Positions 56,158 through 64,000 of a DNA stretch of 64,000 nt are shown in pieces. This DNA is from Candidatus Multivoradales bacterium (lineage in GTDB: Bacteria; Acidobacteriota; Thermoanaerobaculia; Multivoradales; Multivoraceae). The DNA is taken from NCBI GenBank assembly GCA_965223325.1, contig CBDCWI010000002.1, positions 2,240,001 to 2,304,000 on the forward strand. The letters run 5' to 3'. The notes below the pieces were generated by a model, which was given only the letters and a program-made list of their open reading frames with translations, ran no database searches and was not told the origin of the DNA. The position numbers were made by a program, and so were the translations under genes. How positions within the stretch are numbered: the stretch's first letter is position 1; every line of letters begins with the position of its first letter.

Positions 56158-59100
56158 ATGAAGAACACCATCCCCAGGCTGGCGCTCCTCGACCGATGGC
56201 TGCAGCAGGCGCTCGAGCAAGAGCCCGATGAGCGGCGCCACTGGTTGCGCGCCAACTGCCCTGACGCTGAGGTTCGGGTGCTCGCTGAACAGAGCCTCGA
56301 CCACATCGAGGAGGACGAAGGAGGGCACGCGACTTCTCGTCCCGTCGATGCTCTGGAGCCCGGCAGTGCCTTCGCCGGACCGCTATGGATCGACCTCGAG
56401 CAGGAGCTCTCGAGCGTCGAAACCATGGCTCGAGAACGACTCGGCGCCTATGAGGTCATCAGCACCGAAGGCGACGACGAACTGGGCAAGGTCCTGATCG
56501 CTCGCCATCTCGAGTCGGGCCGGCGGGTGGTGATCAAGGCTCTCTCACCACCGCTCGGCCTCGACGACGACCAGCTGACCAACCTCCAACAGGAGGTCGA
56601 GACGCTCGCCCAGCTCGATCATCCCAACCTCGCACGCGTGTACGAGATGCTCATCGCCGAAGACAACGCCTTTCTGGTCAGTGAGCTCGTGTCCGGCGAG
56701 ACACTCGCGCTTCGCCTGGAACGTCGGGGTGCGTTCGGCCACGCCGAAGCGACTATTCTTGCCCGTCAACTGGTGGCCGCTCTCGAAGCGGGCCACCATC
56801 AGGGGTTCCGCCACCAGCGGCTGTCGCCACAGGCGCTGGTCGTTTCCGCGACCGGCGAGCTCAAACTTCTCGACCTCGGCCTGGCGACGCTTCGCGAATC
56901 GTCCGAAGTCGACGGCTCGACCGCTGCTGCCGGAGCACCCACGACTGCCTATACCAGCCCGGAACGCGCCAGCGGCAAGGCGGACGACAGTCGAGCCGAT
57001 ATATGGGCCTTTGGCTGCATCCTCTATGAGCTCCTCACCGGGGTGAGCCCGTTCGAGCGCGAGACGGCCTCGGGGACACTTGCCGCCATTCTGCGCGACG
57101 AGCCAGACTGGAGCCAACTGCCGAACGGAACGCCGGCCTCCCTGGCTGCTCTCCTTGCCCGTTGCCTGCGCAAGGATCCGTCACGCCGCTTGCGCGACAT
57201 CAGTCTGGCGTCGATGGTTCTGGGCGGCGTTACCGTTCCAGATTCACCGTCGAGTGAAGACAGCGCCAGGACCACCTCACCAGCCAACAGCCACAGCGGA
57301 ACCGCCACCGCGGCACCTTCCCCTTCTGCGCGGCATCCGCGTGCGGCGTCTGCTCGAGACGAATCGGAGGGGCGAGGCGGTTGGATCGCGGCGGTACTCG
57401 CCTCCCTGGTGGCGGCACTGATGGGCTTCTTCGTGTGGATGAACCCAGCCAAGGAAGCAAGCGCCTCTCGCCCGTCAACCGAGATGCCGGCTAGTTCGTC
57501 GCTGCGGATTCTCGAGGTCAACATGCCGCCTGGCGTCGAACTTCCGCGCGACTACCCGGCGCCGCTCGACATCTCGCCAGACGGAAGGCGGATCGTCTTC
57601 GTGGGCCAGGTCGACGAGAACACGCGTGCACTCTTTCTGCGCCGCCTCGGGCACCTCGAAGCCGAGCGGCTGCCGGACACAGAAGGCGCGCTCTCGCCAG
57701 CCTTCTCACCCGACGGACAGTCGGTCGCGTTTCTCGCCGGTCGTACTCTCAGGAAGCTCAGGATCGGCGAGCGACGCGCCATCGACATCGCCAGCCCCGG
57801 CTCAGCCCTTCGCGGTCTCGACTGGCTCGAGGACGGAGGCATCGTCTTCACGCCGAGCCAGAACTCAGGACTGACGACGGTCAACGCACTGGGACGTGAC
57901 GAGCGTGCGCTCACCACTCTCGACGCGAGCCGTGACGAGCGCAGCCATCGTTGGCCGCAAACCCTCGCCGACGGCCGCCACGTGCTGTACACGGTGGACT
58001 ACGAGGGAGCCGCCTTCGACGAGGCTTCGCTGTTTGTCGTCGACATCGATACCGGCGCGACTCAGCACGTGCTGTCCAACGCCTCGCATGGGCGCATGGC
58101 AGCAAATGGCCACCTCATCTACGCCAACGGCGGGCGCCTCCTGGGCGCAACGGTCGATCCGGAAACGTTCGCGCTGCGCGGGCAACCCACGGAGGCCCTC
58201 GGTGGTGTCGCCTATGACATTCGCAACGGGGGCACTCACCTGTCCCTCTCGGACACTGGCACCCTCGTCTGGGTTCCCCAACCGCCTCGAACCAGCAATC
58301 GCGAGCCCGTCTGGCTCAGCCCCGACGGAACACGCGAGACTCTCGTCCACGAAGAGCGCCGCTACCGCATGCTGGCGCTCTCGCATTCCGGGGAACGGCT
58401 TGCGATCGGGCTCGGAGGCGCGCTCGACGCCGATCTCTGGGCGATCGATCTCGAGGGTGGAATCAACACCCAGCTGACCAGTGACCTCAACATTGCCAGC
58501 GTCACCTGGGACCATGACGATCGTCGCCTGATTGCCAGCAGTCGCCAATCCGGGGGCGCTGTCAGCGGAGAAAACCGATGGCAGATTCACGCCGTCTCGA
58601 CCGTCGAGGCCTTCGACACCGAGGCGCTCTACGCCAGCGACCGACCGATGTTCGTGAACTCCGTACTCTCGGACGGGCGCATCGTCTTCGAGCACCTTCA
58701 CCCGACGAACGGCTGGGACCTCATGGCCCTCGACCCCGAAACCAGAGCTGTCGAAGCCCTGGTGGCAACCCCATCGAACGAGGTGCGGCTCGCGGTTTCG
58801 CCTGACGGTCGTTGGGTGGCCTTCGAGTCCGACGCCTTCGAGGGCTTCTACGAGATCTACGTCCAGCCCACTGCTGGCGGCGACCGGCTTCGGGTCTCGA
58901 ACGGTGGCGCTCGCGCCCCGACGTTTCAGCGCGACGGTCGCCTCTTCTACTTCGCCACCGAAGGCGAAAACAGCGCCATCTGGCGGGTGGACTTCGATGC
59001 AGCAGCGGAGGACTTCAGGGTCTTGCGCAACGAACGGGTCGTAGGAACCCATGTCCGCGGCGAGTTCTTTCTGATCACTCCCAACTGGGGCGGCTTCGAA

Positions 59101-59214
59101 GTCGACCGTTCCGAAGACCGCTTTCTGTTGCTGCGCCAGCGCTACACCGACGACCCTGGACCGCGGCGTCTGATGGTAGCCGAAGGATGGCGGGCAGACG
59201 GCCAGGGGCGCTGA
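56158..59214 (+). CDS. Receptor-type Ser/Thr pseudokinase with TM helix and TolB/PD40 beta-propellers
   Basis: Kinase fold is present (VVIK, LDHPNLA, DLG, YTSPE, DIWAFGC) but the Gly loop reads EGDDELG and the catalytic loop HQRLSPQA lacks the Asp. TM GWIAAVLASLVAALMGFFVW, SPDG repeats. Confidence 0.85.
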   Translation: MKNTIPRLALLDRWLQQALEQEPDERRHWLRANCPDAEVRVLAEQSLDHIEEDEGGHATSRPVDALEPGSAFAGPLWIDLEQELSSVETMARERLGAYEVISTEGDDELGKVLIARHLESGRRVVIKALSPPLGLDDDQLTNLQQEVETLAQLDHPNLARVYEMLIAEDNAFLVSELVSGETLALRLERRGAFGHAEATILARQLVAALEAGHHQGFRHQRLSPQALVVSATGELKLLDLGLATLRESSEVDGSTAAAGAPTTAYTSPERASGKADDSRADIWAFGCILYELLTGVSPFERETASGTLAAILRDEPDWSQLPNGTPASLAALLARCLRKDPSRRLRDISLASMVLGGVTVPDSPSSEDSARTTSPANSHSGTATAAPSPSARHPRAASARDESEGRGGWIAAVLASLVAALMGFFVWMNPAKEASASRPSTEMPASSSLRILEVNMPPGVELPRDYPAPLDISPDGRRIVFVGQVDENTRALFLRRLGHLEAERLPDTEGALSPAFSPDGQSVAFLAGRTLRKLRIGERRAIDIASPGSALRGLDWLEDGGIVFTPSQNSGLTTVNALGRDERALTTLDASRDERSHRWPQTLADGRHVLYTVDYEGAAFDEASLFVVDIDTGATQHVLSNASHGRMAANGHLIYANGGRLLGATVDPETFALRGQPTEALGGVAYDIRNGGTHLSLSDTGTLVWVPQPPRTSNREPVWLSPDGTRETLVHEERRYRMLALSHSGERLAIGLGGALDADLWAIDLEGGINTQLTSDLNIASVTWDHDDRRLIASSRQSGGAVSGENRWQIHAVSTVEAFDTEALYASDRPMFVNSVLSDGRIVFEHLHPTNGWDLMALDPETRAVEALVATPSNEVRLAVSPDGRWVAFESDAFEGFYEIYVQPTAGGDRLRVSNGGARAPTFQRDGRLFYFATEGENSAIWRVDFDAAAEDFRVLRNERVVGTHVRGEFFLITPNWGGFEVDRSEDRFLLLRQRYTDDPGPRRLMVAEGWRADGQGR

Positions 59215-59260
59215 TCAACCGCGACCGCTCCAGCTGTACCCCACTCGAAGAACCAACGAC

Positions 59261-62200
59261 ATGTCCAGTGCAACCGATCGACTGAAAGTTCTCGACCGCT
59301 GGTTGAGCGAAGCCCTCGAGCAACCCACAGGGAGGCGCTCGAGCTGGCTGGCCGAGAACTGTCAGGACAGAGAAGTTGCAACCGAGGTCGAGCGCATGCT
59401 GGTGGAGCTGGAGTCTCCGACGCCGGGCGACTTTCTCGATCCGGCTGGCGCATTTGCAGGTCCGTTCTGGGCCGAGGTGGAGGAGGACCTGGGGGTCGCC
59501 GACGCCACCGCAAACGGCCTGGCGAGCGGCAAGCGGCTCGGCAACTATGTGATCCGTGAGGCGATCGGCGCGGGCGGAATGGGTCAGGTCTATCGAGCAC
59601 ACCATGCCGAGCTCGATCGCGAGGTGGCCATCAAGGCTCTTCCACAGGCCTTTGCTCTGGTTCCCGAACGCATCAAGCGCTTCCGCCAGGAAGCACGGGT
59701 GCTGGCGCGCTTGAACCACCCCAACATTGCAACGCTGCACGAACTCGTCACCGTTGGCGAGAACCCCTACCTGGTTCTCGAACTGGTGCCGGGTGAGACC
59801 CTGGGAGACCGCATCAAGCGCTCTGGCGCGTTGCGCACCGACGAGGTTCTGCGCATCGCGCACCAGCTCGCCAGCGCTCTCGAAGACGCTCACCTCCAAG
59901 GCATCGTGCATCGCGACCTCAAGCCGGCCAACGTCATGGTGACCCCCGAGGGTGGCCTCAAGGTGCTCGATTTCGGCCTCGCCAAACCCCTGCAGGAGAA
60001 GACGGATCACTCCACTCGTGGGCACGCGACCGAGACGGAAGCGACACAGATCACCCGTTCGGGAACCATCCTCGGAACGACCGCCTACATGAGTCCCGAG
60101 CAGGCGGCGGGCGATGCCGTCGACCACACCAGCGACATCTGGGCCTTCGGGTGCATTCTCTTCGAGATGCTGACCGGCAGGAGTCCCTTCCTGCGCCCTG
60201 AGGCAGCCGACACCCTCGGCGCCATTCTGCGTGACGAACCCAACTGGGCCGAGCTCCCAGAGGCAACCCCACTCGAACTGGTTGAGCTCATCAAGCGGTG
60301 CCTGGTGAAAGAGCCGAGCGTGCGGCTCCGCGACATCAGTCTGGCGAGCATCAAACTGGTCGACATCGGCGATGGCGGCTCCCCCGATCTCGAGCGGCTG
60401 CGCGTCGGAGGCCCGGCCGAAGCCGCGGGTCGGTTGAGAGGAAACCAGCTTGGCTGGACGGTCGCCGCGGCCGCCAGCGCCCTCGCCATCTTGCTGGCTG
60501 CGGTGAGCCTGAGTCGTACCGTCACCCCACGCAAGAGCTCGGAAGCGGCCCTGCCTGGCGATGCCAACACCGCCACCACCAGCTCTTCGGAAGCTACGGT
60601 TCTGGCGGTCAACCTGCCGGCCGAACTCGAACTCTCGCGCATCCTCGGAATGACCCTCGCCCTCTCGCCCGGCGGCGACGAGCTCGTCTTCGTCGGCTAC
60701 CAGGGCGACCGGTCATGGCTCTACCATCGTCCGCTCGACCGCCTCGATGCCCGACCCATTCCCGGTACCGAGGGTGCGATCTATCCTGCCTTGTCTCCAG
60801 GTGGTCAGTCCCTCGCCTTCTTCGCCAACGGAGTGATCCGACGCACGAGCTTTGGGGGCAACTCTCCTGCGCAAGCCGAGGCCTTCGATGTCGCACGCGT
60901 CGGCGGAGGCGTGCGCGGCCTCGACTGGCTGCACGACGGCCGAATCGTCTATGCCCCCCTGACCGGTGGCCTCAAAGCCGTCGATTCGCACACTGGCGAT
61001 GAGCAAAGTCTCACCCTTCTCTCCCAGGGGAGCACAGAACGGAGTCATCGCTGGCCGCAGGCCCTGCCCGACGGTCGTCATGTTCTGTTTACCGTCGACT
61101 ACGACGGCGCAACGTTCGACGAAGCTGCGCTTCATCTTCTCGACCTCGAGAGCGGCACCACTCGCGAACTGGTCTCCGACGCGGCCTACGGTAGAGCGGC
61201 GAGGGACGGCCGGCTGGTGTATGCCAACGGCGGCCGGCTGTACCGCGCGCAGTTCGATCTCGCGAGCGACGCGCCGTCCTCCACACCGACCCCGCTGGTC
61301 AACGGCGTCCTCTACGATCCACGCAACGGCGGCAGCCATTTCGCCGTCGGGGACACCGGAACGCTTGCGTGGGTCCCGTCACCACCACGCCGTCAAGGCC
61401 GCCAGCTCGTCTGGCTGTCGACAGATGGTGCTGTCGAAGCGTTCGACCTTCCCGCTCGCAGATACCGGCTGTTTTCTTTGTCGCAAGACGGAGAGCGCTT
61501 GGCAATCGGTATTGGCGGCGCTCTCGACACCGACTTGTGGCTGGTTGACCTCGCCAGCGGTACGGTCGAGCAGTTGACGAGCAACCTTTCGGTGGCGAGT
61601 GTCGCGTGGGGAGAAGCTGACCGGGAGTTACTGCTGACCGCCGGCGGTCGGGCCGACACGGCCGGCGACCGTACCTGGCAGCTGCTCGCGATCGACCCCA
61701 GCAGTCGCGAACAACGGACACTGATCGAGGACTTCAGTCGACCGATTCGTGTGCAGGCACACCTGGACGACGGGCGCGCGGTCATAGCGGCACTCGACCA
61801 GACGAGCGGCTGGGACCTCCTGGCGATCGACGGCGAACGATCCGAACCAGAGGCCCTCGTGTCGACGCCAGCAAACGAAACCCGCGCCGCCGTCTCGCCC
61901 GACGGCCGCTGGTTGGCCTTCGAGTCCGACGCCTTCAGCGACTACATCGAGGTCTACATACAGTCCCTGGTGAGCGGGCGCCGCACCCGCGTCTCTGGCA
62001 CCGTCGCCCGCGCACCGCGCTTCGACCGTCAGGGTCGCCTCATCTACTGGCAGCCGGCGGGGGAAGACAGTGCCTTCCGGCGGGTGACCTTCGACAGCTT
62101 GGCCGAAAACTTCACGCCAGAGGGCGACCTGGAGATCCTCCGGCCTCGAGATCCCGAATGGCGCCACCTCGTGCCGCCTTCCTGGGGGGGCTTCGAAGTC

Positions 62201-62302
62201 GACCCAACCGGGGAGCGTTTCCTGGTGCTCCGCGAGCACCGCGAAGCGCCGTCGAGCGAGCCGCTGCGGATCTTGATTGGCGAAGGGTTGCTTTCGCCCT
62301 AG
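59261..62302 (+). CDS. Receptor-type Hanks Ser/Thr kinase with TM helix and TolB/PD40 beta-propellers
   Basis: [41 protein letters not shown] helix, SPGG/SPDG repeats. Confidence 0.93.
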   Translation: MSSATDRLKVLDRWLSEALEQPTGRRSSWLAENCQDREVATEVERMLVELESPTPGDFLDPAGAFAGPFWAEVEEDLGVADATANGLASGKRLGNYVIREAIGAGGMGQVYRAHHAELDREVAIKALPQAFALVPERIKRFRQEARVLARLNHPNIATLHELVTVGENPYLVLELVPGETLGDRIKRSGALRTDEVLRIAHQLASALEDAHLQGIVHRDLKPANVMVTPEGGLKVLDFGLAKPLQEKTDHSTRGHATETEATQITRSGTILGTTAYMSPEQAAGDAVDHTSDIWAFGCILFEMLTGRSPFLRPEAADTLGAILRDEPNWAELPEATPLELVELIKRCLVKEPSVRLRDISLASIKLVDIGDGGSPDLERLRVGGPAEAAGRLRGNQLGWTVAAAASALAILLAAVSLSRTVTPRKSSEAALPGDANTATTSSSEATVLAVNLPAELELSRILGMTLALSPGGDELVFVGYQGDRSWLYHRPLDRLDARPIPGTEGAIYPALSPGGQSLAFFANGVIRRTSFGGNSPAQAEAFDVARVGGGVRGLDWLHDGRIVYAPLTGGLKAVDSHTGDEQSLTLLSQGSTERSHRWPQALPDGRHVLFTVDYDGATFDEAALHLLDLESGTTRELVSDAAYGRAARDGRLVYANGGRLYRAQFDLASDAPSSTPTPLVNGVLYDPRNGGSHFAVGDTGTLAWVPSPPRRQGRQLVWLSTDGAVEAFDLPARRYRLFSLSQDGERLAIGIGGALDTDLWLVDLASGTVEQLTSNLSVASVAWGEADRELLLTAGGRADTAGDRTWQLLAIDPSSREQRTLIEDFSRPIRVQAHLDDGRAVIAALDQTSGWDLLAIDGERSEPEALVSTPANETRAAVSPDGRWLAFESDAFSDYIEVYIQSLVSGRRTRVSGTVARAPRFDRQGRLIYWQPAGEDSAFRRVTFDSLAENFTPEGDLEILRPRDPEWRHLVPPSWGGFEVDPTGERFLVLREHREAPSSEPLRILIGEGLLSP

Positions 62303-63462
62303 CAACCGGCCCGACGGCGAACGTGCCGGGTGCCGACCTGATCGATCGCCGTGCAGCCCAGAAGCGCGAGGTCCCGTTCGACCTCCAAGCGGAGCAATTC
62401 GAGCGCTCGCTCGACCCCCGCCTGGCCTCCGGCAGCCAGCCCGTAGAGGTACGCACGGCCAACGGAACAGGCATCGGCACCGAGGGCCAGCGCCTTGAGA
62501 ACATGTGTCCCGCGGCGGATGCCACCGTCGACAATCAGCTCGAGCCCGTCGCCGGTCGCGTCTCGAACGGGCGCTATGCAATCGACAGGCGCCGGCACAC
62601 CATCAAGCTGGCGGCCGCCATGATTCGAGAGCATCACCGCGGTCGCACCTGCATCCTTGGCGCGCACGGCGTCCTCAGCAGTGAGCAGGCCCTTGACGAC
62701 GAACGGCCCGCCCCACTCTTCACGCAACCATGCCACGTCGTCCCACGTGAGCGTGCGATCGAACTGGCTGTTGACGTATTCGATCAGCGAAACCGTCGAC
62801 TTCGACAACACGTCGACTCGATGAACGACGTTGGCGAGCTGAAAGTCGGGGTTCTTGAGTAGGTGAAACGCCCAGTATGGGTGGGTGGCAAAGCTCCACA
62901 AGCTGCGCAGGCCAAAACGCGGCGGCATGATCATGCCGGTGCGTTTGTCACGCTCGCGGTTCCCCGCCAGGGCCGTGTCGACGGTGATGCAGAGCGCTTC
63001 GTAGTCGCTGGCACGACAGCGCTCGACGAACTCCCGGGTCAGCTCGCGGTCTTTGAGCACATAGACCTGGTACATCTTCGGGCTCGAAATGGCCGCTCCA
63101 ATGTCTTCGATGCGGGTCGTCCCCATCGTCGACAACGAGTAGAGGGTGCCGAAGCGTTCAGCCGCCCTGGCCACTGCCGGTTCCGCATCGTGGTGAAACA
63201 GGCGCGACATACCGGTAGGTGCCAAGAAGAACGGCAACGCTAGCTCCTGCCCCAGCACTCGGGTCGTGAGATCGACGTTCTCGATGTCGACCAGGTAGTT
63301 CGGCAACAGCTCCCAGTCATCGAACGCCGACGTGTTGCGGCGCAACGTGACTTCGTCATCGGAACCGCCGTCGATGTAGTGGAACATCGGCGCGGGCAGC
63401 CGACGCTTGGCGAGACTGCGCAGGTCGCAGACGTTGTGGCAACGCTCGAGGCGTTTCTTCAT
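62299..63462 (-). CDS. FMN-dependent alpha-hydroxy acid oxidase/dehydrogenase (LldD-like)
   Basis: YIDGG..DE.T...N, APTG, QVY, TVD...GNRERD, VKG, SNHGGRQLD, DGG.RRG. Confidence 0.92.
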   Translation of the reverse strand: MKKRLERCHNVCDLRSLAKRRLPAPMFHYIDGGSDDEVTLRRNTSAFDDWELLPNYLVDIENVDLTTRVLGQELALPFFLAPTGMSRLFHHDAEPAVARAAERFGTLYSLSTMGTTRIEDIGAAISSPKMYQVYVLKDRELTREFVERCRASDYEALCITVDTALAGNRERDKRTGMIMPPRFGLRSLWSFATHPYWAFHLLKNPDFQLANVVHRVDVLSKSTVSLIEYVNSQFDRTLTWDDVAWLREEWGGPFVVKGLLTAEDAVRAKDAGATAVMLSNHGGRQLDGVPAPVDCIAPVRDATGDGLELIVDGGIRRGTHVLKALALGADACSVGRAYLYGLAAGGQAGVERALELLRLEVERDLALLGCTAIDQVGTRHVRRRAGC

Positions 63463-63498
63463 GGCTTCGCCGCGGCCCTGGAGGGCTTCGCTACCTAC

Positions 63499-63996
63499 CT
63501 ACTTGCCGTAGTCTGGCCGGTAGTGCAGGTGGCACACGACGCAGGACTGATACATCTGATCGCTCAGGGCAACAAGAGCCTCGACGTCCTTTTCCATCGC
63601 TGCCTTGTACGCCGCACGTCCGGCATCGAGCATCAGCTTCGAATCGCGCATCCAGCGGTCTTTGTCATAGGCCCGCCGGGGCATCATGATCAGATTCGCC
63701 GACTCGGCCACCACCAGCGCCTGACCCTGCAGGGTCGCCCACTCGGCGTCGGTCTCGGGGGTACGCGATGAGATGTAGAAGATCGCATCCGAGGCGGGGT
63801 AGATGATCTTGACCATCAACTCGCTCATCGACCCCACCCGCTCGGGCCCAGGGATCGCACCCTCGTAGTGGCCAGGTGGCTCATAGTCTTCGACTGGCGG
63901 TTGAGCGATTAGAGGCACAGCAGCCAGAGCTGTCCAAACGAAAGAACCAAGGGTCCATCGAATGGCGGAGAGGAGGTGTCGTCTTGTCGTCTTCAT
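63499..63996 (-). CDS. Class II (c'-like four-helix) c-type cytochrome, exported
   Basis: Signal peptide, M.ELM near the N-terminus, helical body, single C-terminal CVVCH. Confidence 0.75.
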   Translation of the reverse strand: MKTTRRHLLSAIRWTLGSFVWTALAAVPLIAQPPVEDYEPPGHYEGAIPGPERVGSMSELMVKIIYPASDAIFYISSRTPETDAEWATLQGQALVVAESANLIMMPRRAYDKDRWMRDSKLMLDAGRAAYKAAMEKDVEALVALSDQMYQSCVVCHLHYRPDYGK

Positions 63997-64000
63997 TTGT

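Overview
GC-rich bacterial chromosomal window (roughly mid-60s % GC by eye). A PadR plus ADOP-type permease pair, a GWxTD/VWA protein, an ECF sigma factor with Ser/Thr kinases and an S55 peptidase/beta-propeller pair point to Acidobacteriota (inference). It is densely coding, with about 46 credible CDS. I see no rRNA, tRNA, CRISPR array, transposase or prophage. Housekeeping genes include korAB, xerD, coaD, tsaC, recN and proC. Three modules stand out. (1) A six-gene putative operon at 17601-24787 encodes a PspA/Vipp1 (ESCRT-III superfamily) protein, a membrane-anchored solute-binding protein fused to an OmpA-like peptidoglycan-binding domain, an ABC permease and ATPase, a 2-TM coiled-coil protein and a tandem AAA+ ATPase with a KWVG pore loop. 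It is a candidate bacterial membrane-remodelling system with its own disassembly ATPase and a cell-wall-tethered input. (2) An ECF sigma factor is followed by two paralogous receptor kinases, the first of which has lost its catalytic motifs (pseudokinase plus kinase pair, 55568-62302). (3) A GT2 / deacetylase / GT-C / methyltransferase cluster (26927-30740) resembles lipid A hexosamine-modification loci, with an added methyltransferase. All functional calls come from motif reading only; no database searches were run.
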